64,000 bases of DNA from a virus (taxonomy: Duplodnaviria > Caudoviricetes), in the IMG/VR virus record IMGVR_UViG_3300031853_000002, positions 99,308-163,307 of that record; one strand, given 5' to 3'. Positions 26,660 to 36,338 of this stretch are shown one piece after another. How positions within the stretch are numbered: the stretch's first letter is position 1; the number at the start of each line of letters is the position of its first letter. The notes beneath the pieces were generated by a model, which saw only the letters and a program-made list of their open reading frames with translations, was not told where the DNA came from and searched no databases. A program made the position numbers and the translations under genes.

Positions 26660-27483
26660 TTATTAAACCAAGTTTCCATTTTATAAGGAGTAATTGGTAA
26701 TTTATCCTTATAATCATTAGCTATGACTCTATCCTCTACACGAGTAACTAGTTCTAAACCACACTTATCAATTGCATCTCTATATTTAAATCTATCATCC
26801 AGTGAGTCAAGTATAAAGTCAACATCCCCATATGTAGAGCCTGGTGCTATTTGATCTAAGTCAGTACCTGATGTATTATCATCAGTGGGCTGCTGATTTA
26901 TAGACTCCTGAATGGCATCTGAAGCTTGAGGAACATAGTTCTTAAGTATCTTAGCTAAGTCCCAAATCTCATGCTTCCATAGATAACGTATTCCTATATT
27001 ATAGTCCCCTACATCACCATGTATAGTATAGAAACCAAGTTCATGTTCAGTCATATTATCAGTGTCTATAACTATGCCTTTATAATTAGAAGCTAGTTGA
27101 TATAAGTACATCATACGAAGACGTGCCATAATATTGCCATCACTGATGATATTAGCCTTAGACTCTTCCTCATTATCATAGAATAACTCTCTAAAGCCTC
27201 TATACATATCACATAGATTAACCTTTGCAAAATCATCACACAGAACTTCCCCAAGCTCATCTGCTATTACTACACGTGGGGCAGCTTGGTATTTAATTGG
27301 AAGGCTTCTACCAATAAATGTAACATCGGACATATCTTTAGTAGCCAAATGACATATAACTGCAGCTACAGTACTATCTATACCTCCACTTAGCCCTAAT
27401 ACCACACTCTTTAAATGATTCTGTTTTATATAATTCTGTAGACATCCTATAGAATCACTTATCCAGTTGTCCCAATTTTTCAT
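26656..27483 (-). CDS. nadE: NH3-dependent NAD+ synthetase
   Basis: VLGLSGGIDS PP-loop, GNIMARLRM, TDNMTE...GFYTIHGD; single domain, no glutaminase. Confidence 0.93.
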   Translation of the reverse strand: MKNWDNWISDSIGCLQNYIKQNHLKSVVLGLSGGIDSTVAAVICHLATKDMSDVTFIGRSLPIKYQAAPRVVIADELGEVLCDDFAKVNLCDMYRGFRELFYDNEEESKANIISDGNIMARLRMMYLYQLASNYKGIVIDTDNMTEHELGFYTIHGDVGDYNIGIRYLWKHEIWDLAKILKNYVPQASDAIQESINQQPTDDNTSGTDLDQIAPGSTYGDVDFILDSLDDRFKYRDAIDKCGLELVTRVEDRVIANDYKDKLPITPYKMETWFNK

Positions 27484-27727
27484 ATTCTTCTTTTGTTAAA
27501 ATTGTATTATGTAAATGTTCTATATTTACTAGCCACTTCTGTCCAGACTCATCTTGTGTTACAACCCAATCTGGATCTTTTCCATCCTTTATATAAATAC
27601 GTTTATAATAAGTATTATTAGGAGGGTACCAACAATAGAGTTCCTGTCCAGGAGTTAATTTCTCACGAGGTTTAGGTGGAATTCCTTTAGGGACTTCCAC
27701 CTTCTTAGTTACTTTCTTACGCGGCAT
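27455..27727 (-). CDS. Hypothetical protein (basic N-terminus, possible SH3-like beta domain) inside the NAD operon
   Basis: 90-aa ORF overlapping both pncB and nadE. Confidence 0.6.
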   Translation of the reverse strand: MPRKKVTKKVEVPKGIPPKPREKLTPGQELYCWYPPNNTYYKRIYIKDGKDPDWVVTQDESGQKWLVNIEHLHNTILTKEEYEKLGQLDK

Positions 27728-28892
27728 TTAGTAAAACTTGGTCTAAAATATCTTGCTGTACAGCACTACCTAATCTCTTACCTTTATCATCTGAACGTTT
27801 GATACAAGGAAGCTTAGGAGCATCTTTATGAAGTTGAACTTCTATAAGTTTCATTACCTCATTAAGAGGAGCTACTCCACAGTCATTAGTGAGATTAGTA
27901 CCAATACCAGCAACTACATTAATTTTATCTTTAAAATAATCCCTAATAACTTTAAATTTAGGGAATGTAAGAGCATTACTCATAACAAGAGTCTTAGTCA
28001 TAGGATTAATATTCATAGACTTATAATGCTCTATAAATAAATCTCCTAATTCCTTTTCATCACCTGAGTCTATACGTGGGCCATCAAACAATTTACTGTA
28101 TTTACGTGAGAATTGCTTAATAAAAAACTTAGTTGTATAAGTATCACATAATACAGTACCTAGATCTCCATCGTAACAACGTACCCAATCTCGCATTGCA
28201 AGTTCATTGGCTTGTTGATATCCCCAGATTGCTCCATGAAACATTACCCACTCATGTGGGAATGTACCACAAGGCATCATATTATACTTAAGTGCAAAGT
28301 AAACATTAGAAGTTCCTACGCAAGTCTTTGAGTGTTCTTTTAAATATTGAACTACTAACTCATGCACATTAGAAGAATATCTTCTTCTGGTTCCAAACTC
28401 AGAAAAGATAAGATTTTCCTTATTAGCAAATTCTACCTTTTCTATGAGATTTTTATACATTAAGTTTATATCTGCTTGTATATTAAAGAATTTATAATAA
28501 CATTCAGATACAGTATAAAGAATAGGAACTTCATAAAGTGTTACTTTATAAAGGTAATCTGTCACCCTTATATGTAAGTGTCCATCTTCGTCCAACCATA
28601 TTTTTATTTTATCTGGATCAAATCGAAAACTTCTAAGCCATTCCCAATAAGAAATGGGAATAAATCTAGACAACCAAGGATTACAAACTATCTTAGAAAA
28701 TTCCTCAGTAGTAAGGAAAACATCACCTAACTTAGAGATCTCATATTTAAGATATTCTAAGAAAGATTCATCATAGACAGTATTATTTCTGTCTACATAC
28801 TCAAAAGTTCCAAGTGCATTTGGATACAACTTCTGATAAGCATATGAAGTTGTAAACTTGTACAAATCGGTGTCTAAAATACTTAAAATCAT
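27717..28892 (-). CDS. pncB: Nicotinate phosphoribosyltransferase
   Basis: LDTDLYKFT, EFGTRRR, GTSNV, GTFPHEW, DTY, RIDSGD, GIGTNL, KRSDDKGK. Confidence 0.93.
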   Translation of the reverse strand: MILSILDTDLYKFTTSYAYQKLYPNALGTFEYVDRNNTVYDESFLEYLKYEISKLGDVFLTTEEFSKIVCNPWLSRFIPISYWEWLRSFRFDPDKIKIWLDEDGHLHIRVTDYLYKVTLYEVPILYTVSECYYKFFNIQADINLMYKNLIEKVEFANKENLIFSEFGTRRRYSSNVHELVVQYLKEHSKTCVGTSNVYFALKYNMMPCGTFPHEWVMFHGAIWGYQQANELAMRDWVRCYDGDLGTVLCDTYTTKFFIKQFSRKYSKLFDGPRIDSGDEKELGDLFIEHYKSMNINPMTKTLVMSNALTFPKFKVIRDYFKDKINVVAGIGTNLTNDCGVAPLNEVMKLIEVQLHKDAPKLPCIKRSDDKGKRLGSAVQQDILDQVLLNAA

Positions 28893-29461
28893 GCTTCAAT
28901 TACATTAATGTTATACCTGTCTGCTAATATTCTAAATGTTTCATTATCAAGGGAAGCAGTACAATTCTCAATTATAGAAGGCTTTAAGTCCTTAAGCTTT
29001 ACAGCGGTTGTCATAACACATATATCTCCAGCAAGTCCACAAATATGAACTACCTCATCTTCATGGAACTGAATAAAAGGAATATCATTATCTGTAGTAC
29101 AGTACTCTTTCCAATGTCTATAACCTTGAGTAAAATCTTTAAATGCTGAAAATTCTTCTGAATGTTGTCCCTTTTTAAGATTAAAAGTAAGATATTTGAA
29201 CTTAATAGCTTTAACTATAGGTTCATAAATATCTGCACCATGCGTGCCTTGTACACAATGTTCTGGAAATTCTCCGCCTTGTTCTTTAAATGAGCAGTGT
29301 TTGCCGTTGTGCCAATCCTGTGTAGTAATAATTGTAGAATATTCTCCACTTTCTATAAGAGATACAATATTATTCAAAGCTTTAGTTGCTCCTTTTACAG
29401 GTAATTTACCTCCCTCCATGAAATCATATTGGGCATCAACAATAATTAATGTTTTATTCAT
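28889..29461 (-). CDS. pncA: Nicotinamidase
   Basis: IIVDAQYDF, TQDWH..H, PEHCVQGT.GA, KG, GLAGDICV (isochorismatase fold, PncA metal site). Confidence 0.9.
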   Translation of the reverse strand: MNKTLIIVDAQYDFMEGGKLPVKGATKALNNIVSLIESGEYSTIITTQDWHNGKHCSFKEQGGEFPEHCVQGTHGADIYEPIVKAIKFKYLTFNLKKGQHSEEFSAFKDFTQGYRHWKEYCTTDNDIPFIQFHEDEVVHICGLAGDICVMTTAVKLKDLKPSIIENCTASLDNETFRILADRYNINVIEA

Positions 29462-30063
29462 ATTTCAAACATATTTACATTATTTTTAACTTGAAATTCT
29501 AACTTTTCTATAAGCTCTTCATAACTTATAGGTTTAAAATTATTCCAATCCACTCCTACATCATATTGTGTAGGTTTAAGCACCTTTTTTGCTCTATCTG
29601 CATCAATACCATCAAACTTAAATGGGCTACTATGTATATGTCCAAATAACTGATATGTATGAGAATGATGTCCAGGATAGCATAAATATGGATAATGATT
29701 TAAATAGAAATTATCAGGACCAATAACTATATGTTGTTGATAACTAACACTTTCAAATAAATTCATATAACCTTGACGTAAATTCTTTTCGTCGTGATTC
29801 CCGATAATAAGATGTATACGTCCATTTAATTGTGAATAGAGAGAGTGCCATGCAGCAGAACCTGCAAAACAGAAGTCTCCAAGATGATACACAATGTCAG
29901 TTGGACCAACTACTTCATTCCAATTATTTATTAAGACTTCATTCATTTCATGGACGTCCTTAAACGGACGTCCACAAAATTTAATAATGTTGGAATGGCA
30001 AAAATGACTGTCTGATGTGAAAAAGATTGGAGTATCTACACTATATTTAGTTATTATCTCCAT
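29458..30063 (-). CDS. Calcineurin-like metallophosphoesterase
   Basis: SDSHFCH, HLGD, GNHD, NHYP, GHIH, DVGVD. Confidence 0.85.
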   Translation of the reverse strand: MEIITKYSVDTPIFFTSDSHFCHSNIIKFCGRPFKDVHEMNEVLINNWNEVVGPTDIVYHLGDFCFAGSAAWHSLYSQLNGRIHLIIGNHDEKNLRQGYMNLFESVSYQQHIVIGPDNFYLNHYPYLCYPGHHSHTYQLFGHIHSSPFKFDGIDADRAKKVLKPTQYDVGVDWNNFKPISYEELIEKLEFQVKNNVNMFEI

Positions 30064-30293
30064 CCTTTAGTGTGCTTTTCATCTAGAGTATACTTATTTA
30101 CATCCTTATTTTTATAGCATTCACAATTCTTATATTTCTTTCCAGAACCACACGGACAAAGTTCGTTACGTCCTATCTTACGACTTCTATATACCCAAGG
30201 AGTATGCATCTTCATCCACATTCTACCAAAATCTTCATTTTCTAGAATTCCCTTAATTCCTTCAAGTTGTTGTTCTTTATTAAGTTTTTCCAT
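30054..30293 (-). CDS. Small SEC-C (Zn-binding) motif protein
   Basis: [18 protein letters not shown]. Confidence 0.8.
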   Translation of the reverse strand: MEKLNKEQQLEGIKGILENEDFGRMWMKMHTPWVYRSRKIGRNELCPCGSGKKYKNCECYKNKDVNKYTLDEKHTKGWR

Positions 30294-30298
30294 ATTAT

Positions 30299-30565
30299 TT
30301 ACCAAGCTCCATAATCAGTAATATCTTGTTCTTTTCCTCCTCCTTTTATTCTTTTACAAATACCTATTGGTCCAGGTGTAAAACAGTATTGATAGGAATT
30401 AGAAGGATTATCTATCTTAAATTTTCTGGCTTCTTCCATTTCATAATCATTAAGCCAGAATGTAGTATTTTTATGTGGGATAATGTAATTATTTCTTACA
30501 TCAACCCATTTATGGTTTTTCCACCATCTCTTAATCGAAGTCAATATCTGGAATATCATCGACAA
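30299..30565 (-). CDS. Hypothetical protein
   Basis: ORF in the co-oriented, tightly packed array. Confidence 0.6.
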   Translation of the reverse strand: MSMIFQILTSIKRWWKNHKWVDVRNNYIIPHKNTTFWLNDYEMEEARKFKIDNPSNSYQYCFTPGPIGICKRIKGGGKEQDITDYGAW

Positions 30566-30595
30566 CCTCTCCTACTGCTTCTATAGAAGCTTCAA

Positions 30596-30627
30596 TAAAA
30601 GCCCCAACTTTTGTTAGGGCCTTTTTA
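30596..30627. terminator. Possible intrinsic terminator hairpin
   Basis: AAAA-GCCCCAAC-tttt-GTTAGGGC-CTTTTT in an intergenic gap. Confidence 0.5.
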
Positions 30628-30630
30628 GTC

Positions 30631-30867
30631 TTACTCTGTAATCTTTTGAACATTTTCTATAAAGCGTTCATTTCTTGAGATACTCTTCTGAATATCATCA
30701 ATTTGTAAATTAAGATTGTTAATCTTTTCATTCTTTTTCTGAATATCGGAGTGCATTTCCTCATTGAGTTTCTGACACTTCTCGATAATCTTAGTAAATG
30801 CCGACATAGATCTAGCAATACGGTGATTATAATCACCAAAGATGAGTTTAAGAATAAATTTAAACAT
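30631..30867 (-). CDS. Hypothetical coiled-coil protein
   Basis: 78-aa heptad-rich ORF with AT-rich leader. Confidence 0.65.
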   Translation of the reverse strand: MFKFILKLIFGDYNHRIARSMSAFTKIIEKCQKLNEEMHSDIQKKNEKINNLNLQIDDIQKSISRNERFIENVQKITE

Positions 30868-30877
30868 AAAATTTTTA

Positions 30878-31837
30878 TTAATTTAAATAACCCGCATTAC
30901 GGAATTTTTCTTCTAATTGAGTAGCAAGATGTTTAGCATCAGGATGTGCAGATGGAGCACACCTTAATTCAAAGAAGGCCTTCCATTGCTCAATTGTACC
31001 TGTCATTATGAGTTCAGTTTTTAAACAATTAGGAAGTATTTGTCTTGCTTGTTGAGGAAGTAATTTAGTTCCATCATCCAGAGTAGTTATATCTAAATAA
31101 CACCTTTCTATCTTAGATAAAGTATCCACGTACTGTGCTACAGTTCTATCATAAACACATAGCATATCCATTAATGCCTTTCCTTGATAATTTCTAATAC
31201 CTTCTCTACTTTCATATGTAAGAGGGTCTACAGTTGAGGCTATATCTTCCTGAATATCATGTATCCATCTAGGAATAATAAACGTTATTTCTCCTCCAAA
31301 TTTGTCCTTACTATAATTACAATATCTTGTACTCTCTTGCATGAAACTAAAAACGCGATGCCTTACGAATTCATTCGCTATTGCCCTGTCACATATAAAT
31401 TTTACGGTAATACGACGGTGAAAATGCTGATAAGCTCCATTGTTCCATTGGAACTCATCTTCTGTAGGAGTTACCATATAATCAAGGAGTTGTTCATATC
31501 CATGCTCTACTAAAACTCTATAATTAGTAGTAAGATACCGATAGTTTTCAGTTGTATAATCAAATCCAAACCACTGATATGGACATTCCCAAAATGCAAA
31601 ATCATGATCATCTACAATATTTTCATAATCTTCTTTAGGTATCTGTAAATAACAAGTACCATGCTCTAAAGCAGCTCCATGCTTTTTATCTTTTAACATT
31701 TTTACAAATCTTTTAGCTGAATCTTCTGTTGCTTTTGATTTATATGCTGTACGTCCAGCCATTTCAATTATCTTCATCATTCCATCAATTCCAGGCTTTT
31801 GCTGGATTATTTCTACAGAAGGTTCAATAAATTTCAT
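30878..31837 (-). CDS. thyX: Flavin-dependent thymidylate synthase
   Basis: HGAALEH, EFVRHRVFSFMQESTRY, ARQILP, FFELR..AHP. Confidence 0.93.
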   Translation of the reverse strand: MKFIEPSVEIIQQKPGIDGMMKIIEMAGRTAYKSKATEDSAKRFVKMLKDKKHGAALEHGTCYLQIPKEDYENIVDDHDFAFWECPYQWFGFDYTTENYRYLTTNYRVLVEHGYEQLLDYMVTPTEDEFQWNNGAYQHFHRRITVKFICDRAIANEFVRHRVFSFMQESTRYCNYSKDKFGGEITFIIPRWIHDIQEDIASTVDPLTYESREGIRNYQGKALMDMLCVYDRTVAQYVDTLSKIERCYLDITTLDDGTKLLPQQARQILPNCLKTELIMTGTIEQWKAFFELRCAPSAHPDAKHLATQLEEKFRNAGYLN

Positions 31838-32181
31838 TCGTAAACAGTTATAGTTTTTTCTACTGGATGTACTTCTTGAAGTTCTTGTCCTATTACATCT
31901 TCATCATCCCAGTAATAAGAATAATCATATTTAAATGCATAATAATGATTATCTAATTTAAATACTATTCTTCTAGTTACATATGATTTTTCCAAATCAT
32001 AATTTACAACTTCATCTTCTATTTCTTCAAAACCATGTTCTCTCTCCCAGGCTTCTGCTTTATCTTCAAGTTCCTGCCAAGTATCTCCTTCTTTTATTTC
32101 AAATGGGTATTCTGTATCTTCCATATCCCAGTCAGTTTCCCATTTAATTAAACGATCATATAAAAATTGAGTAAGCTTCAC
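31834..32181 (-). CDS. Hypothetical acidic protein
   Basis: GTG start; overlaps neighbours. Confidence 0.65.
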   Translation of the reverse strand: MKLTQFLYDRLIKWETDWDMEDTEYPFEIKEGDTWQELEDKAEAWEREHGFEEIEDEVVNYDLEKSYVTRRIVFKLDNHYYAFKYDYSYYWDDEDVIGQELQEVHPVEKTITVYE

Positions 32182-32300
32182 TAGAAAAATTCTATATTAT
32201 CAATAGTCCATCCTTCACTTGTAAGAATATCTATAAGTTCAGGAGTTAATCCTTTATCCTGTCCATTTTCATTACTTATTTGTAAACTAATACCTCTCAC
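32178..32300 (-). CDS. Small hypothetical protein ending TAG-TGA (not in ORF track)
   Basis: GTG start overlapping the upstream TGA; MRGISLQISNENGQDKGLTPELIDILTSEGWTIDNIEFF, then TAG TGA, overlapping the next GTG. Confidence 0.55.
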
Positions 32301-32506
32301 TTCTTTTTAATTTCAAATTTAATTTGGATTGGTGCATCTTTCCATTCTAATTCTTTTATAAAATTAGGAAGATCTTCAAATGGAAAACCCTCCATTAAAA
32401 TGGGCTTGGAAGGTTGATCCTTCCACAGCCACATTTTTCTAGTGCCTCTAATAGGCTTGTCTTTACCCATAAAAAGACTTCCATCATAATCACGTGCTAT
32501 CCACAT
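32297..32506 (-). CDS. Hypothetical protein (MWIARD-type small phage protein)
   Basis: Packed ORF. Confidence 0.6.
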   Translation of the reverse strand: MWIARDYDGSLFMGKDKPIRGTRKMWLWKDQPSKPILMEGFPFEDLPNFIKELEWKDAPIQIKFEIKKK

Positions 32507-32508
32507 AT

Positions 32509-33096
32509 TTACCAAGGAATATTAATACGTCTAAAGTCTTCACCTTCTGGAACTGGACAATTCTTTTTCCATTCCATTTGTCTTATTTTAAAATATCTGG
32601 CTATATCATCCCATTTGTATTTAGATAATGCTAATTCGCTATTTATAAATTCCTTAGCTTCTGGGAATAAGTTTAACCATAAAGATTTATTAGAACCGCA
32701 TAAAGCTTGTAATACAGAATCATATCCAGTTTCAGAATTATTTAGAACATGAATAAGTTGTACTAGTTCCTTGGCATTTTCCTTTGTATGTACAGTATAT
32801 GTAATTCCATCTATGTAAGGAAACAAATCATTCCATATAAAAGGTTTACATATAGAAGTATATAAATAAATCTTTGAAGAAATTCCCATATAGTTAGTTA
32901 TAGCCTTCACGTTACGTATAAGGTTAATTACTTCTAATGGAAATTGTAAAGGTTCTCCACCCGTAAGAATGAATTCATTATAGTTCCATCTATCTATAAT
33001 AGGAACATCTTTAAGCAAATCAAATTGCTTATTACAACATAGTGGACAATTATTTGGACACTTAGTTGTTATTAATAATCTACATCTTTTATTCAT
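32509..33096 (-). CDS. Radical SAM domain protein
   Basis: CPNNCPLC (CxxxCxxC) and LTGGEP. Confidence 0.8.
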   Translation of the reverse strand: MNKRCRLLITTKCPNNCPLCCNKQFDLLKDVPIIDRWNYNEFILTGGEPLQFPLEVINLIRNVKAITNYMGISSKIYLYTSICKPFIWNDLFPYIDGITYTVHTKENAKELVQLIHVLNNSETGYDSVLQALCGSNKSLWLNLFPEAKEFINSELALSKYKWDDIARYFKIRQMEWKKNCPVPEGEDFRRINIPW

Positions 33097-33123
33097 ATTT
33101 ATATAATTTAAGTTAATAATACC

Positions 33124-36100
33124 TTAATGAATCCAACATAATCCAACTTCAGGGACGGCTGGAATAGGAAGTTTCTTACAGAACTTAGCAGAAGATTTTT
33201 CCATAAAGTTTTTAAGAACGTTAGCTATTTCTGGCATAGTTTCTGGATACTCAATTACAGCTTCATCATGAACTAAATCACAAATCTTTACAATATTAAA
33301 ATATCCATTTTCTATAATCCATTTAAAGAAATTAGCCATAGCATCCTTTAAAATTATGATGCCACTCATTATTTGTTATCCAAGAGGCTCTTTATCCTCT
33401 TGTTCACTACATTCGATTTCCGTAGTGTTCAGACTATATCTTAATATATTTTTGCAAAATTTAATTAATTCTTCTGGAGAAGCAGAATTTTTCATAGAAT
33501 TAGCTTTTTTACTTATTACCTGTACATTACCTTTAACATATCCTTTACTATTATCTATTCTATCAAGAGAAGGAGAATATTCATAATCATCTTTATCTCC
33601 TATAACTATTGGAACTTCTAATATTGGACATATTTCAGGAATTACTATATCAGATACCTCTAAATTAAATTCATAACCATATTTTTTAGCTCTAAGTTTA
33701 GCACGTTCCCACATATAATAATTAATATTTTTTCTGAATTCAGCTCTTTTAGATTCATTTATTCTATCTCTAAATTCATTATCATATTTTCTTCTATATG
33801 ATGTATCAGATATATCAGCAGGTTTAGCTGCTATACATTCCTTACAAGCCCAAACTCTTCCAGTTTTAGACTTAGGAGCTACACTAAATTCCCAATATGG
33901 TTTAGTCTTTCCACATACAGGACAAGTAATTTCATCTGGAGTATTTTTAAATGCACCTCTACACTTTTTACAAGTATTTAGATGCCCATCTTTCATACTA
34001 GAGTTTTTAGAAAACTCATCAATTGGTAATTCTTTACCACATTTAGCACAAATTTTAGTTTGCATAATTCCTATTTTTAATTGTTAATTTTATATAACAA
34101 TTATAGGAACTTTTTCTAAAATGTCCGATAAAGAAATGTTAAATTTCGCTAAATATATTTTCCCTTTTCTTGGTGTTTTACCATCCATTTTTGGACTCCA
34201 TACACTAGTCGTTACACCTTCTTAATATTACTATTAAGCTTGGCTCGGTATTCCCATCACAGAGTTCACCGAATTTAGGGAATTTATTCAGGGCAGTGGT
34301 TAATTCCACCCTGAGTAGGAGAATTAAGAGCCAATCTAGACCATTTAGAAGAAGTTTTACGAAGCTCAGAAGCTTTATGATATTCGTATGTCTTACAAAA
34401 TTCTTTATAAGGTAAGGTATCATGTAGATAATCATATCTTGTCCAGAATTCTTCATCATCCATTGCTTCTCTCCATTCTTTCCAATCTGGCATATAAGTT
34501 CTATGTCCAGTATATTTACATATAAGTACATATCCTGTTTGACATACAGCCTTAAATCCCTTATCCTTAAATTGGGCTATTCCAGAAAAACCTTTATTAT
34601 AAGCTTCTGCTATTGCTTCTGCTTCAGCTTTAGTACAAGCAAGAGCATTTTGAATTGCTTTAGCACTTCCACCAAACTGTTGACTAAATTCAACAGGCTT
34701 GGCTCTACTTCTAAGGTCTGGTCTTTTTTCTTTAATATCTTTAACTTCTATTCCAGCTAATTCTACAGGAAAACAATGTTTAGCAGTAAGACTATGAATA
34801 TCTCCAGTGCCATATAAATACTCATCAATCATTGATTGTTCATTATAAATATCAGCACCGAGTCTACTCTCTAGAGCGGAATAATCACAACTACACATTA
34901 AATTTCCTTTTTCGGAAACAAATGCACCTCTAGTATCATGGTCAGCAGGAAGATTTTGTAGCTGAGGATATCCACATTTCCTGAGTTTAGCGGGAAGCTT
35001 AGCTAGTTCTGCGTGTTTAAGTTTAGCAAGATCTTCATTATTTTGCTTACTTCCACATGCCATTCTACCCGAAGAAGCACCTAACTGTTTAAAATTAGTA
35101 TGTATTCTTCCAGTATTTGGATTTATAGCATTTAAATATGTTTGTCCATAAGTACTACATACTTTAGATGCTTCCTTATAATCAAAATACAATTTTAGAA
35201 ATTCATCATTAATTCCTTTCTGTATTTTAAGTGCTTTTTCCACTACAGAATCTTTATCTTCTCCTGTAGCTTTATCTTCCACTTTAGTATTAAATCCTAA
35301 TAACTGACAGAAATAAATAACTTGATCAGAACTATCCCAATTAAGCACACATTGAGGTTCTGTATCAAATCCACTCCACAAGTCACCTTGTAAGTCTATG
35401 TTTATAAATGGAATTATCTTTCCACTTTTATTTGTAATATAGAATGGAGTAGAAAAGTCTTGAAATAAATCATCTATATTTCCTTTTTTCTTATATGGAC
35501 GAGACATAGGTTTAGCATATGGAGGAGGTTCTTGTATATGTTCCTTTATAAAAGAAGATATTATATATGGAACTCCTACCATATTATCTTTACCGTTTCT
35601 ATCTTGATACCATTTAATAAGGAATTGATTTAATTTTTCAAGTCTTTCTATTCTATTCTTTTCATCTTTATCCATTTTAGCTTTCCATTTATTGACATCT
35701 AGTTTAATTCCACACCATTCTAGATATGCAATAACTGGAACAAAATCCATTTCAACTTGTAAAGCACGCATACAATTACGTTTCTTACAAATCTCAATTT
35801 GTTTTTTAGCTATATCTACTAAGTCTACAACATCATTTGCAGCATACTCTATAACTTCATCATCAAGACCTCTATATATAATCTGTCCTCGTATAGACTT
35901 ATCAATATACTTTCCTAGATAACGCATAGCAATTTCATTAAGAGCATAGGAAATTCCTCCTGGCTTACCAGCTGGAGGAAATCCTAAATAAATAAGTTGC
36001 TCTGCTATCATAGTATCATATACTTTTAGAGGAATTATTTCATAATTATATAGCCATTGTAAATCAAACTTTAAATTTTGACCAACAATAAGCTTTTTCT

Positions 36101-36338
36101 CAAGTACTTCTTTATAGTTTCGTATATCAACAGTAGTCCAATCTACAACAATTTGTATATCTTTCTTAGGAGAACCAAACTGTGCAGATAATGGATATCC
36201 TACATGAGGATCTTTTCCATGAGTCTCTGAGTCATATTGAATACTTGTCCATTGCTCTATGATATTGAGAGACTCCTGTATAGAGATCCTTGTATATTTA
36301 GAAAAGAATGAAGTTTGATTACTTACTACATAAATCAT
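33124..36338 (-). CDS. polA: Family A DNA polymerase; complement(join(33124..33366,34308..36338)), ~757 aa
   Basis: Exo motifs YDSET, NLKFD, YAAND. Polymerase motifs SGRM, QNLP, DYSALESR (A), RSRAKPVEF (B). Splicing gives NSPTQG|SGIIILK, followed by VHDE (C). Confidence 0.92.
33367..34307 (-). mobile_element. Group I intron in polA with HNH-like endonuclease
   Basis: P1 TCAGGGT/GCCCTGA with U.G; P10 CCACT/AGTGG. Core AATTCGGTGAA, ATACCGAGCC, GTGTAACGACTA, AAGATATAGTCT. Terminal G at 33367. Splicing restores the frame. Confidence 0.92.
33376..34065 (-). CDS. Intron-encoded His-Me finger (HNH-like) homing endonuclease with N-terminal CxxC repeats
   Basis: CAKC/CKKC/CPVC/CKEC, CPIL, PSLDRIDNSKGYVKGNVQVISKKANSMK. 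Confidence 0.85.
   Translation of the reverse strand: MQTKICAKCGKELPIDEFSKNSSMKDGHLNTCKKCRGAFKNTPDEITCPVCGKTKPYWEFSVAPKSKTGRVWACKECIAAKPADISDTSYRRKYDNEFRDRINESKRAEFRKNINYYMWERAKLRAKKYGYEFNLEVSDIVIPEICPILEVPIVIGDKDDYEYSPSLDRIDNSKGYVKGNVQVISKKANSMKNSASPEELIKFCKNILRYSLNTTEIECSEQEDKEPLG

Noticed and set aside
25519-29461. NAD genes as a contaminating bacterial chromosomal fragment
   Set aside because: They are overlapped and co-oriented with phage genes on both sides, have similar AT-rich composition and also avoid TAG.
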